A stretch of DNA of 64,000 nt, taken from NCBI GenBank assembly GCA_963829545.1, contig CAWHIX010000012.1, forward strand, positions 20,915 to 84,914, read 5' to 3'. The first letter of the stretch is position 1. Each line of letters starts with the position of its first letter. The translations under genes and the position numbers were made by a program. The notes below the pieces were generated by a model. That model was given only the letters and a program-made list of their open reading frames with translations, was not told where the DNA came from and made no database searches. Shown in pieces: positions 1 through 11,728 of this stretch. The stretch comes from an uncultured Actinomycetes bacterium (lineage in GTDB: Bacteria; Actinomycetota; Thermoleophilia; RBG-16-64-13).

Positions 1-2
1 CC

Positions 3-623
3 GTGGTCAGTTGGGTCCTCTGCCAGAGTGACGAGGCCAAGAAGACCAACAGCCGGGAGACCCGCTACCCCTCCGAGGCCTGGGCCCGCGCCCGCATGTT
101 CGGGCAGGAGTGCAACAACGCTCTACATGTCGCCCTGGTCGCCGCCCTCCGTGATGCCGGTTACGCAGCCGTTGCGCCGGCCCTCCTCCCTGAATGGTCG
201 CAGCTACCGTCAGAGCGCTACTTCATGGCCTCCACGTGGTCGGAGCGCCACGTGGCCCATGTGTCGGGTCTGGGCACCTTCGGGCTCACGGGCGGCCTGA
301 TAACCGAGAAGGGACAGGCTGTGAGACTGGGTTCGGTCGTCGTCCAGGCGCGCATCCCCTCTACTTCTCGGGCATATTCCGGACCCTTCGACTACTGTCT
401 CTTCCTGACCCAGGGCATCTGCGCGCGCTGCGTCGCCCGCTGCCCCGTGGGCTCGGTCAGAGAAGAGGGCCGGGACAAGGAACCCTGCAGTCGCCATTTG
501 GGCCCGGCCATGCGCGAGTACGTGGAGGGCCATTTCGGCTTCAAGGGATACGCCTGCGGTCTGTGCCAGACGGGGGTGCCGTGCGAGTCACGGATCCCCA
601 GCCCAGAGGACGTCGCGGACTGA
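3..623 (+). CDS. QueG-like (epoxyqueuosine reductase family) 4Fe-4S protein, 5' end outside window
   Basis: ORF 3..623. GLGxxGxxxLLIT-like motif (VSGLGTFGLTGGLITEKG), then two Cys clusters (GICARCVARCP and CGLCQTGVPCE). Family call from motif memory only. Confidence 0.4.
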   Translation: MVSWVLCQSDEAKKTNSRETRYPSEAWARARMFGQECNNALHVALVAALRDAGYAAVAPALLPEWSQLPSERYFMASTWSERHVAHVSGLGTFGLTGGLITEKGQAVRLGSVVVQARIPSTSRAYSGPFDYCLFLTQGICARCVARCPVGSVREEGRDKEPCSRHLGPAMREYVEGHFGFKGYACGLCQTGVPCESRIPSPEDVAD

Positions 624-671
624 CACCTCAGGAGCCGGCGGCCGTCTGATCCAGACAGGCCGGCGCGCGAA

Positions 672-3208
672 CTAGGTCTCCTTCCGCCTCTCCTCTTCCG
701 CGTCGGCGGCAGCGGACGGCGGGCCTTCATCGCCGGCGCCAGGGCGATCCGCCTCGTCGACGACGCCGCCGACATCCTCCTCGTCGGCTCCCGCGATGCG
801 ATCGTCAGGCCAGAGGTACTGTTGGCCCCCGGAGACATCTCCCCGAGCGACGGGACGTGGCTCGGCCTCGTCCTCGTCCTCGGGCGCGCCCCACGGACCG
901 GCCTCGTCTTCAGCCGTGTCCCACCGCTCGGCCGCCGACGTCGCTCCCGCGCCGACAGCTCCCGCGCCGAAACCCATGCGCGCGCCGGTACCTGCGTCCG
1001 GGCCGGCGCCCGCGCCTGACTCCGACTCGAGCACGGCGACGGCCAACCCTCGCCGCCTCCGCCACAGGATGAAGCGCCACACCGACAGCCCGATCAGCAG
1101 CGCCCAGGCAAGCACTTCCAGTGTCTGTCCCACGGTATTGGCCGCCGTGCGGCCGTAGGTGAGGGTGACGTGGCTCTGCCGTGGGTATGACCATCATGAA
1201 CGACGGCGAAACCAGATACGGACCCTCCGCCCCCTCCACGTGCCAGTTGGGGAAGTACGAGATCTTGATCCAGTGCGGCTCCCCGATGGCCGTGGTATCG
1301 AAGGAGAAGGCCTCGTTCTCCATCTGCTCGCCGGTCACCACCCCCTCCGTGTCGACGGGCACGGCCGGTGGGTCGGCGGATTCCTCGGGCGCGATCTGGG
1401 TGAAGCGCTGCAGCGCCTCCTCTCCCTGGTCGCGCACGATGGGGGTGTCCAGCACGTCCTCGTTCAGGTACCAATCCACGGCCATGTCGCGCCACTCGCT
1501 CACGGGCACGTCCACCCGCACGGGCTCGTTCTTCATGACCTCCACATAACCGGTCGTGCCCACGATGCGGACGACGTTGTAGTCGCCGAAGGTGGCCAGC
1601 AACTCGCAGCGCGGGTCGGCAAGCACTTCCTCCACCACCTCGGGGGTGAAGCAGAGGAAGTAGGGGATGTTCATCAGCTGCAGGTGGGTGATTCCCGCCG
1701 GGACGTCGAGCCCCGGATAGTCCACGCCGATGATGGCGTTGCTCGCCTCCTTGGACAGCTCCGCCTGGTTGATGAAGTGGAAGGGAGCCGTGAAGGAGGC
1801 CTCCATCAGGGTCCCTTCCATGGTGGGCTGCCCGGTCCAGTAGGGGATGATCTCGAAGGCCCGGGGAGTGCCGAACTCGTCCAGCTTCTGCCCGTGCTCC
1901 ACCATCACCCGGCCGGGCGCCAAGCGTGGCCAGGAAGTCGTTGATCTGTTTGTACTGGTCCAGTTGGCCTTGCCTTCGTAGCCGGAGTAGTTCCACTGGA
2001 TCCAGCCTGCCGCCGTTGTGCTGGTCACGATGACGACCGCGCCCAAGACGATGGCCACCAGCGGCCGATAGATGCGCCGGGCGGTGATGCCGCGCATGCC
2101 GAAGAGGTCGCGCATCATCAGGGCGAAGGGCCGTATCAGCCAGGTGGCTCCGTACGCCGCCCAGAAGTGGATGGAGATGTAGAAGAAGGGCAAGATGCGC
2201 GCATTCCACAGTCGTCCGTCGGGCAGCACCCAGAAGAGGACCAGGGTGATGAAGGTCATCCAGGCCAGCGGAAGGAGCTTCCTCTCCTTGCGCGCCACGG
2301 CATATGCCATGCCGATGAGGCCGAGCGCCGCGGCCGGCAGCAGTTGAACGGGCAGCAGATCGCTGAGCGAGTCCAGCTGGTTCCAGGCCATGTGGGCCGT
2401 CCACTCCAGGTTGGCCGCGAAGGGCAGCGACCAGAAGGCGCTCAGCGCGAAGCCCACCGCCGCCACAGCCGCCAGATAGAAGAACGACCGCCAACGCGGG
2501 TTCACGAGCAACAGCCCAGGGATGATGCGTCACCAGCACGATGGTGGTCACGATGTGCGAGAGGACGAGAGCCATCAGGATGAGGCAGTTGAGCACGAAG
2601 AGCATGTTGAAGTGCGGCTTCTCCATGCCGCGATACATGGTGCCCAGGAACAGGAACACCAGGGCGAAGCTGAGCATGTAGCCGAACTCGCCCGCCAGGG
2701 TGCTGAGGATGTTGCCTCCGTAGATGGAGTAGCTCTCCATGAGGAGGAAGACCATCGCGAAGACCGCGGCCATGATGGGGAACGGCTTGCGCACCCGCCA
2801 CAGCCTGCCCAGGGCGTAGGCGGCCGCGGGGAGAGCGAAGACCCCCAGGACCGTCCCCATCTTGAAGGCTATCTCGTAGGGGATGAACCAATCCATGATG
2901 GCGATGAGCAGGAACGGGAAGGGGAAGTAGAAGGTGAGCATGGGCATGCCCGCGTACCAGCCCGGCGCCCAGCCGGTCAGGCGGAAGTGCGGAAGCAACT
3001 CCTGGATGAGGTACTGGGCCGGATAGTGGTGAGCGCCGGTATCGCCGCCGGCCGTGGTGGTGATGCTGAAGAGGAGGTTGGGCTTGTAGAAGATGAGGAG
3101 CGTGGTGTAGATGGCTAGGAACGCCAGCACCGTGGGGAGCCAGTCCCACACGCTGCCGCTCTCGACTAGGTCTCTCCCGGTCACGCCCCAGCATTCTCCT
3201 CCTTCCAC
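672..3208 (-). CDS. Large polytopic integral membrane protein, GT-C-like (YfhO / PTPS-related type); apparently frameshifted about 3 times
   Basis: N-terminal ~230 aa are multi-TM (ORF 1094..3208 frame). The ~430-aa soluble domain continues in the ORF 910..2511 frame. The C-terminal TM helix TLEVLAWALLIGLSVWRFILW plus an acidic low-complexity tail continue in the ORF 672..1133 frame; sense is continuous across frames (VTLTYGRTAANTVGQTLEV). Sits directly downstream of the GT2 and GtrA genes. Confidence 0.5.
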
Positions 3209-3991
3209 AAGATCAGCCGCAGCCGCAAGAGCCCCTTCATGGTCCGCGGTATCCGCTTGGCGATGGGCGAGCGGGCCTCCCGCTTCTCCTCGCAGGTCAC
3301 CGGCAGGGCCTTGACGACGGCCCCGGCGCGCCGCGCGCGCACGATCAGTTCGGTGTCGAAGAGGTCGCGCGTCATGACCGTCCGGGGCGCGAACACCTCC
3401 ACGGCCTCCCTGCGCAGCACCTTCATGCCGTGGGTGTCGTCCATGCGCCTGTCGAAGAGTACCCTAAGGATGGTGGTGAAGCCCAGAGAGACCATGTGCC
3501 GCGCCGGTGACGCGTTTGTCCTGCGATCCCTCCATGAGCTTGCTGCCCACCACGATGGCGGCCCGGCTGCCGTCCATCAGGTCGCCGGCCTTCAGCATGA
3601 AATCCACATCCCAGTAGTCGATGTCGAAGTTGACGATGAAGCGTCCGCGGCCCGCGAGCATCCCCGCCTTCATGGCGGCGCCGTAGTCGGGCACGGGCAC
3701 GTGGAACGCCCGGATGCGAGGGTCGGCCTGGGCCAACCTCTCCCCGATGGCCAGGGTGTCGTCGGAGCTCCCGTTCTCGGCCAGCAGGAGTTCGTAGTCG
3801 ACGGCACCGGCGTCGAGGCAGGCCACCAGCGCCGTCACTTCGTCGGCGAGGCACTCCGCCTCGTTATGGATGGGGATGACGACGGAGAAGCGGGGTGCGG
3901 GCCCGCGTCCGGGCACACCGCCAGGGGCACTACCGAGCGCGCTGCCGGGTGCACCGCCGAACCCGTTCCCGGCCGGTACCACCCCGGTCAC
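3181..3991 (-). CDS. Family 2 glycosyltransferase (polyprenol-phosphate sugar synthase, GtrB / CsbB / Ppm1-like); one frameshift near 3465-3495
   Basis: ORF 3464..3991: FSVVIPIHNEAECL...LLLAENGSSDDT...VNFDIDYWD is the GT2 signature. The C-terminal part lies in ORF 3181..3495. Confidence 0.7.
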
Positions 3992-4449
3992 GACCCGCTA
4001 CCTTTCAGCGCGGTGTGCCGGAAGGCCAGATAACGGCTGCCCAGGAAGTTCCAGGCTACCGAGACCACGGCGGCGGCGAAAGCCTTGCCCAGACGCACCC
4101 AGGGCGACCCGGAGTCGATCCACAGCCCCAGCAGCGTGAAGACGACTATGTTGACCACCAGCGGCGGTATGTTCACAGCGAAGAACACCGCGAACTCGCG
4201 CACGCCCTGGTGGGACTGACCGGCGCTGAAGGTCCAGTACTTGTTCCAGACGAAGCTGTTGCAGATGCCGAGGATGTAGGAGAGCGTCTTGGCCACCACG
4301 AGCGGCATGCCGGGGATAAGGCTGAGCAGGTAGAAGGCACCGAGGTCGACCGCGGTGTTGAGGAAGCCCACGATAATGAAGCGCACGGCCTGACCGGCCA
4401 TGCGGTCGCGCCGGAGCATCTCTGGCACGAGCATAGAGATAGAACTCAC
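3988..4449 (-). CDS. GtrA-family small membrane protein (polyprenol-P-sugar flippase-like)
   Basis: Intact 153-aa ORF: RFIIVGFLNTAVDLGAFYLL...NSFVWNKYWTF is the GtrA signature. Its stop overlaps the GT2 start (ATGA). Confidence 0.75.
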   Translation of the reverse strand: MSSISMLVPEMLRRDRMAGQAVRFIIVGFLNTAVDLGAFYLLSLIPGMPLVVAKTLSYILGICNSFVWNKYWTFSAGQSHQGVREFAVFFAVNIPPLVVNIVVFTLLGLWIDSGSPWVRLGKAFAAAVVSVAWNFLGSRYLAFRHTALKGSGS

Positions 4450-4520
4450 TATTCCCTTTCCGAGACCCGGGTCTACCCGGTGACGAGTACTGTATATGCT
4501 AACATCCAGGCGCCCCTGGA

Positions 4521-5971
4521 GTGGCTAGTGAGCACCCAAATAACCGGACGGCGGCCCGCATCATGCCCCCTCTCGACATCCAACAGCACGCCCCGCATCG
4601 AGTGGCGTTCCGCACCATCGGATGCAAGCTCAACCAGTGTGAGACCGCGCAGATGCAGGAATCGTTCCTCGCCGAGGGATACCGTCTGGTGGGCTGGGAC
4701 GACCCCGCGGACGTCAGGGTCATAAACACCTGCACGGTCACCGCCAAGAGCGACCGTACCTGCCGTCGTGAGATCCGCCTGGCCAAGCGCCTCGACCCGG
4801 GGTGCGTGGTTGCCGTGACCGGCTGCTACGCCCAGGTCGATCCGGAGGCGGTGAGCGCCATCCCCGGAGTGGACCTGGTCTTGGGCAACACGGCCAAGCA
4901 GCGAGTGGCGGAGCGGGTGACCGAGGTGCTGGATCCCGACGCGGCGCGCCGCCCGACCCGGACGAGACCGCCCTCGCCGAACCCGGCGCCGGCGCCCTCA
5001 CCGAACCGGAGGCTGGCGACGACGAGTTCATCACCCACTTCTACGGCTACACCCGGGCCTTCCTGAAGATCCAGACCGGCTGCGACTCACGCTGCGCCTA
5101 CTGCATCATCCCTGTGGCCCGCGGACCGGCCCGGAGCATGCCCGGGGACCGGGTGCTGGAACAGGTGAGGCTGCTCGAGGCCCGCGGCTACAAGGAGATG
5201 GTCCTCACCGGCATCAACCTGGGGAGCTGGGGGCGCGACGGACGGACCGGGAGCGCGCAGGGCCGGGCCGGACCGACTCGCCGAGCTTCTGCGACTCCTG
5301 GTGGAAGAGACTCGAGGGGTCCGCTTCCGGCTCAGCTCCATCGAGCCCTTGGAGGTGGACACCGCAGTGCTCGACGCCATCGACGCCGCCGGTGAGCGGA
5401 TCGCCCACCATTTCCATCTGCCTCTGCAGAGCGGCTGCGACGAGGTCTTGCAGCGCATGGGTCGGCCCTACTCCGGCGAGGAGTATCTGCGCGTCGCCGG
5501 GAGGATCGCAACGCGCTTTCCCGAGGCCGCCATGGGGGCGGACGTCATCGTAGGCTTCCCGGGCGAGACCGAGGACCATTTCGTCGAGACCTGCCGGCTG
5601 ATACAGGAGAGCCCGCTGACCTATCTGCATGTGTTCGCATACAGCGACCGTCCGGGCACGGTCGCTTCTGCCATGGGCGGCAAGGTCCCCCCGGACGTGA
5701 TCCATCAGCGCAGCGTGCGCCTGCGCGAGATCGGCCGCGCGGTTGACCCTTGCCTCTCAGCGAGCGCGTCGCCGGCACGGAGCAGTTGGTCCTGGTGTTG
5801 CGCGAACGTACGCCCGAAGGAGGGCTCCTGGGTATAGCGGGCAACTACGCCGAGGTGCTGCTGGATGGTGGGGACGAACTGATGAACACCTTCGTGCGCG
5901 GCACGCTGGCCGGACCGCCCCGCGACGGTCGCTGGCGTCTGGCCGACATGACGGGCGAGGGCCGGCTCTAG
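4521..5971 (+). CDS. MiaB-family radical-SAM tRNA methylthiotransferase (MtaB-like); about 3 frameshifts
   Basis: MTTase N-domain (AFRTIGCKLNQCE, INTCTVT), radical-SAM CDSRCAYC, RFRLSSIEP motif and a C-terminal TRAM-like segment, spread over ORFs 4521..5066, 4802..5395, 5301..5837 and 5750..5971. Probable start near 4563. Confidence 0.7.
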
Positions 5972-6497
5972 TGCGCGCCCTCCTGCAGCGGGTGAGCCGG
6001 GCGTCGGTGGAGATCGACGGCGAGGTGGTGGGGGCCATCGGGGAAGGGCTGCTCATCTTCGTGGCGGCCGGACAGGGGGGACGACGAGAAGACCGCCGCC
6101 GCCCTGGCGGAGAAGGCCGCCGACCTGCGCATGTTCCCCGACGCCGAGGGCAAGACGAACCTGTCACTTCTGGATAGCGGAGGGAGCGCTCTGGTCATCA
6201 GCCAGTTCACGCTCTACGCCGACTGCCGGAGAGGGCGACGTCCGTCCTTCAGCGACGCCGCCGACCCGCTCCGCGCGGAGGCCCTCGTGGATCTGTTCCG
6301 GCTGACGCTGGAGCGCCTGGGGATCTCCACGTCGGCCGGCCGGTTCGCCGCTCACATGATCGTCTCGCTCGGAGAACGTGGGTCCGTTCACCATCCTCCT
6401 CGACAGCGAAGTGCTGGCCGGACCTCGCCGCGGCGGCCGTTCCGGCGCCGCGTCCACCGACACGAGCGCGAACGATGCCCCCGGCAAAGAGGTCTGA
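5971..6497 (+). CDS. dtd: D-aminoacyl-tRNA deacylase; about 2 frameshifts; low-complexity C-terminal tail
   Basis: GTG start overlaps the upstream stop. VRALLQRVSRASVEIDGEVVGAIGEGLL, then KTNLSLLDSGGSALVISQFTLYAD...RPSFS (ORF 6131..6574 frame), then GPFTILLDS. Confidence 0.65.
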
Positions 6498-6498
6498 C

Positions 6499-7300
6499 AT
6501 GCGCGGCCTCCCCGACTACCACACGCACACGGCCCGCTGCGGCCACGCCATCGGGCGACCGTCGGAATACGTAGAGGCCGCCCGGGCCGCCGGACTCCTG
6601 TCTCTGGGCATCGCCGACCACCTTCCCCTGTTGCCCACGCCCGACCCCGAGTTGGCCATGGACATGTGCGAGCTCGACGACTACGTGGCCGAGGTGCAGC
6701 GCCCTCATGGACGCCTACCCCGGCTATGTCCTTCTGGGGGTGGAGGCCGACTACCGCCGGGGGACCGTGGAGGAGGTAGCCGGACTCCTCGCCGCCCAAC
6801 CGTTCGACTACGTCATCGGTTCGGTCCACTTCCTCGGGGACTGGGGATTCGATGATCCCCGGCAAGTGGCGGAGTACGGAGGCCGCGACATCGACGCCGC
6901 CTGGATCGAGTACTTCGAGCTGGTGGGCGAAGCCGCAGAATCAGGGCTCTTCACCATACTCGGGCACCTCGATCTGATGAAGAAGTTCGGCTATCGGCCC
7001 ACGCGAGCCTTGGATCGCGAGCTGGAGCGTCTGGTCGAGCCGGATAGCCCGCGCAGGAGTGCTGGTGGAGATCAACACGGCCGGTCTGCACAAGCCCGTG
7101 GGAGAGGCCTATCCCTCTCCACACGTCTTGGCTCTCCTTCGAGAGGCCGGGGTGGGTATCACGTTCGGCTCCGATGCCCACCGTCCGGCGGAGGTGGGTC
7201 GTGACTTCGCTCACGCCGTCGCCCTGGCCCGCTCGGCGGGTTACGAAGCGTTCGCGGTGCTCGAGGCGTCGAGCGGAGCCACCCGCACCCGGATCGCCGA
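6499..7300 (+). CDS. PHP-family histidinol-phosphatase-like protein (HisK type); frameshifted; 3' end uncertain
   Basis: MRGLPDYHTHTARCGHA, GSVHFLGDW, EINTAGLHKP and GSDAHRP motifs spread across ORFs 6475..6855, 6707..7204 and 7059..8249. Confidence 0.6.
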
Positions 7301-7343
7301 ACGGCCTCTCCCCGAGGCCCCGGCAGCTCGGGAGGCCTCTCAC

Positions 7344-8249
7344 ATGAAAGCCATCGTCATCTTCAACCCCATCGCGGGCCGCGACCGCGGCGACTCCATC
7401 GCGGGCCGGGTACAGGCGAACCTCGCCAGCCGGGGCTTTGAGGTGGAGCTTGCCGGGACCAGCCGCCCCAAGGATGCGGCCCGTATCGCCGAAGAATCCG
7501 CGGGCAAGACCGACCTCGTGGTAGCTGTCGGCGGAGACGGCACCATCAACGAGGTCACCAACGGTCTGAGCTCCTGGGCAGCCGGCGAACGATCCCGGGG
7601 CCACGACGTGCGCCCGCTGCTCGGTATCGTGCCGGCCGGCACCGTGAACGTGCTGGCTCTCGATCTGGGCATCCCCTTCCAAACGGAGAAGGCCTGTGAC
7701 GTGATCGCCGCGGGCAAGACCGTATCCTTGGACGTGGGCAAGGTCAACGAGCACCGGTTCCTGCTCATGATGGGCGCCGGCATCGACGCCCTCACCATCC
7801 GCAACCTCGACCCCAAGGCCAAGAAGCGCTTCCGCGGGTTGGCCTTCGTGAGCACCGGAATGAAGACCGGCCTCGTCGGGCCTCCTCCCGAGTTTCTCGT
7901 CCGAGTGGGGGGCGAGGAGTATCGAGCCACCTTCTTCGTAGCCGGGAATACCCGTTACTACGGCGGTAGGTTCGGGGTGACCCCCAAGGCCGATCCCACC
8001 GACGGTCTCCTCGATCTGATGATCTTCCAAGGAACCAAGCGTTCGAGCCTGGCCGTCTTCTGGCTGGAGGTGCCTACCAGTCTGCACCTCCAGAATCACA
8101 ACGTCCTGTATCTCAATGCCCAGGAGGCCGAACTCGTGCCTCTGGACAGCGAGCAGGTGATATGGTTCCAGACCGACGGCGAACTGGCCGGGCAACTGCC
8201 CGCTAGGGTGGCGATCGAACCCCACGCCCTGGACGTGCTCGTGCCCTGA
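7344..8249 (+). CDS. Diacylglycerol-kinase-family lipid kinase (YegS / DagK-like)
   Basis: ATG 7344 follows a GGGAGG ribosome-binding site. MKAIVIFNPIAGR...VVAVGGDGTINEV...GIVPAGTVNV is the DAGK_cat signature. Intact. Confidence 0.8.
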   Translation: MKAIVIFNPIAGRDRGDSIAGRVQANLASRGFEVELAGTSRPKDAARIAEESAGKTDLVVAVGGDGTINEVTNGLSSWAAGERSRGHDVRPLLGIVPAGTVNVLALDLGIPFQTEKACDVIAAGKTVSLDVGKVNEHRFLLMMGAGIDALTIRNLDPKAKKRFRGLAFVSTGMKTGLVGPPPEFLVRVGGEEYRATFFVAGNTRYYGGRFGVTPKADPTDGLLDLMIFQGTKRSSLAVFWLEVPTSLHLQNHNVLYLNAQEAELVPLDSEQVIWFQTDGELAGQLPARVAIEPHALDVLVP

Positions 8250-8295
8250 TCAGGCTAGAGGCCTGAGGATACGCAAAGAACAAGGAGTAACTGAG

Positions 8296-8935
8296 ATGTT
8301 GGGAACACCCACGAGAATGACCCTCGTCGCGATCGGCGTCATCATACTCATAGCTGTGGCCGGGATCATGGCCGCCTGCGGAGACGGAGAAACCGACACT
8401 ACCGCCAGCACCAGCTCCAGCGTCAGCGCAGGCCCCACGACCGATAGCACAGCCGCCGCGGACGGCGGCGGCACCGCGACGGCGAGCGAGGAGCGCGTGG
8501 TCGTGGGAGGACAAGACGCGGAAGAATACACGGCGCAGATACCCGAGTTGCAGAAGGCACTCGAGGCGGACCCTGAGAACCTCGAGACGCTTCAGCAACT
8601 GGCTATCGCCCAGTACAACACCGGCGCGTACGAAGAGGCGGCGGCCACCTACGAGAAGATGCTCGCGCTGGAGGACACGGCTTTCGCCCGCAACAACTAC
8701 GCCAACGTGCTTCGCGACTGGGGCAAGACCGACGACGCCATCGCCGCCTACGAGACCGCCATCTCCATGGACGAGACCCTGGTCACGCCCTACGTCAACC
8801 TCGCCTCCGTCCTCGCCCGGCAGCAGAAGGTGCAGGAGGCCATCACGATCCTGGAGAACGCTTTGTCCTGCGGTGAGCACCGAGGACAAGACGCAAGTGG
8901 AAACCTACCTGGAGCAGTTGAAGGCGGCGCAGTAG
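8296..8935 (+). CDS. TPR-repeat lipoprotein with Thr/Ser/Ala-rich linker; one frameshift near 8880
   Basis: AAGGAG ribosome-binding site, signal peptide with lipobox (IMAACGDG), TPR-like repeats. The C-terminus continues in another frame to a TAG at 8933-8935. Confidence 0.6.
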
Positions 8936-8967
8936 CGGTCGCTGCAGGACGGAATTGGCCGGTAAGC

Positions 8968-9001
8968 AAGGAGCCCCGCCGAGGCGGGGCTCCTTCTTTT
9001 C
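8968..9001. terminator. Bidirectional rho-independent terminator between the TPR gene and livM
   Basis: GGAGCCCCGCC-GAGG-GGCGGGGCTCC hairpin followed by TTCTTTT. Confidence 0.6.
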
Positions 9002-9049
9002 GCAGCATGCAAGCGGCGCAGTTTGCCGAGGTCGCCCTCCGACTAACCC

Positions 9050-10078
9050 GCCGCCTCCGTCTGGCCGCCGACCGGGGTCTTGATCGTCCGGGGACTTGTG
9101 CCATATCCGCGGCGCCATGGAGAACAGCCCCATGAGGCCCGCAGGCATGAAGCGCATGACCAGGATGATGAGCAGGCCCGAGACGATGGGGTGATAGCCC
9201 CCGAAGTAGATGTCGCCATACGCGAACAGGGCGCTCACGATCAACGCCCCGATCACCGGACCGATGATGGTACCCGTTCCGCCCAGCACCACCATGAGGA
9301 TCGGGTAGAACAGCCAGTTCATGTTGAAGACGCTCGCCGGCTCCAGGTGGAACAGGTAGTAGCCATACACGGCGCCCGCCACACCGGCCATGAAGGCGGC
9401 GATGGCGAAGGCCATGACTTTGTACCTCAGCACGTTGATGCCGTGCGAAGCCGCGGAGATGTCGTCTTCCCTGATGGCCTTGAGGGCAAGGCCTATCCTG
9501 GAGTTGGTCATCAGGTAGACGGCGAGCGTGGCCAGCAAGGCCATGAGCAGGCCGACCCAGTAGTAGATGCGCATGGAGGAGAAAGAGCTGGCGTCCAGAT
9601 AGAGCCCGTTGGCGCCCACCGGTCAGGTCTCCTCCCTTGACGAAGAGCACGTTGACGATCATGCCCATGCCCAGGGTACCGAAGGAGAAGTAGTCACCCT
9701 TGAGCCGGGAGAGGAGCGGGATACCAATGAGGATGGCGAGGATAGCCGGGGCGATACCCGCCGCGATCATCAGGGTGACGTCGAAGAAGAACCAGAGGCC
9801 GATGCCGTTCAGCCACATTCCGGCCATGGTGTACGCTCCCAGGCCGAAGAAGGCGTTCTGGCCGAGGCTGATCTGCCCGGTATAGCCTGCTACCAGGTTC
9901 CAGCCCTGCGCCACAGTCAGATACACGCAGGTGATGAAGATGTAGTAGCCGAGGTACGAAACGTCTACGTCAAAAAGAAGGGCAGGGTCGCGAAGAACGC
10001 CAGGATGACGATGATCACGATCGTCGAGACAATCCCTTTCGTGCTCATACTCTGGAAGTAGCTCTTTATGCTGTTCAT
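9050..10078 (-). CDS. livM: Branched-chain amino acid ABC transporter permease LivM; frameshifted; 3' end approximate
   Basis: LivM-like segments in ORFs 9965..10147 (N-terminal TM), 8790..9926 and 8843..9619: QGWNLVAGYTGQISLGQNAFFGLGAY, NSRIGLALKAIREDDISAASHGINV. Confidence 0.65.
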
Positions 10079-10115
10079 TTGGGCGCCTTCGCTTCCCTGA
10101 AGTCTTTGTGAAGCC

Positions 10116-10997
10116 TCATACCTTCTTGACCGTGCCTTTCCTACCAAACAGACCCTGCGGCAGGAAGATCAGCACCAGGATGAACACCGCGTACGAGATG
10201 GCGTCTGCCCATCCCGCACCGATGTAGTACGCTCCCAGGCTTTCGATGAGACCCAGGATGCAAGCCGGCCGTCAAAGCCCCCCAGACGTTGCCGATGCCG
10301 CCGAGGGAAGCGCCACCAAGGCTTTGAGGGCGAACGTGAACCCGTAGTTGGGGTCGAAGGAATACACGGAGGCCATGACCACGCCTGCCGTCCCGGCCAG
10401 ACCGATGCCGATGGCGAAAGCGACGGCCATCACCCAGCTGGAGCTGATGCCCAGCAGGGTTACCGCCTGCATGTCCTCGGAGGCGGCCCGCACGGCGGTC
10501 CCCACGCGCGTGTTCTTGAGGAAGTAGTAGACGAACGTGGCGGCCACAAGGGCGATGACCAGAGCCATGAGGCGAACGAAGGAGATGTTGATCTCGCCGA
10601 TCCTGAGGGTGTAGCTGGAATAGGAGGTGGAGATAAAGCGCGGGTTGGCCGTCCAGGCCGTGAGCATGAGGTTGTCGAGCATGTACATGAGACCGACGGC
10701 GAGCAGAAGAGAAACGTTCTTGTCTTCGTTCGCCGCCGCGTCCTTGAACAGCGTGTAGAACAAGCCCATGCCGAATGCGAAAGCGACGGGCACGCAGACG
10801 AGTAGGCACACGTACGGGTCGAGACCGAAGTACGTGAACAGCCAGTAGGTCAGGTACGCGAAGAGCACGATCACCGACCCCTGGGCAAGGAAGATGATCC
10901 TCATGGTGCCGAAGATGAGGCTCAGGCCGATCGCGGCGATACCGTACATGGTACCGAACAGGATGCCGTTGATGATGACTTGGAGAAGTATTCCCAT
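10116..10997 (-). CDS. livH: Branched-chain amino acid ABC transporter permease LivH; one frameshift near 10275
   Basis: ORF 10272..10997: [30 protein letters not shown]. The C-terminus (...[12 protein letters not shown]) lies in another frame and ends at 10116. Confidence 0.7.
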
Positions 10998-11728
10998 TAC
11001 ACACGACTCCCGCGCTGGCCTAGGTAAGCCTTCCGTACGTCTTCATTGGCGAGCAAGTCTTGGCCGGTCCCGCTCAGGAGGATGTGACCGGTCTTCATCA
11101 CGTAGGCCTTGCGCATATCTTCAGAGCCATGTGGATGTTCTGCTCCACCAAGAGGACGGTCGTGCCCTGCTGGTGGAGGGCGACGATCAGTTCGAATATC
11201 TTCCTGGTCAGGATGGGGCTGAGACCCAGCGAGGCCTCGTCGATCATGACGAGCTTGGGCTGGGCCATCACAGCCCGGCCGATGGCCAGCATCTGCTGCT
11301 CCCCGCCACTCAGGAGCCCGGCCTTACCGTTCTGCCGCTCCTTGAGCACGGGGAACAGGTCGAAGACCCGCTCCAACGACTCGTTGAAATTGGCGCGCGC
11401 CTTGGGAAGGTACGCCCCCAGCCGAAGGTTCTCCTTGATGGTGAGGTTCTGGAAGAGCCGGCGGCCCTCCGGGACCTGCACGACGCCCCTTGTCGACTCT
11501 GTCCTTGGTGCTCAGATGGAGGAAGTCCTCTCCCTCGAAGAGTATCTCTCCGTGCCGGGGGTGAAGGAGGCCGGAGATGGTCTTGAGGAGTGTGCTCTTG
11601 CCGGCACCGTTGATGCCTACCAGCGCTACGATCGTCCCTTCCTCGACGGTGAGGGACACGTCCCAGAGGGCACGGACGTCGCCGTAGGATACGCTGAGTT
11701 CCTTGACCTCAAGTAATGGGTTCGCCAA
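10997..11728 (-). CDS. livF: ABC transporter ATP-binding protein LivF; about 2 frameshifts
   Basis: Walker A GINGAGKST (ORF 11324..11728), signature LSGGEQQMLAIGRA and Walker B LVMIDE (ORF 11098..11481). The TAA stop overlaps the livH ATG. Confidence 0.7.

Noticed and set aside
1159-1944. 261-aa plus-strand ORF
   Set aside because: Antisense to the soluble domain of the GT-C-like membrane protein; His/Gly/Val-rich artefact.
6951-8225. 424-aa minus-strand ORF
   Set aside because: Antisense to the PHP phosphatase and DAG-kinase genes. No domain signature; GC artefact.
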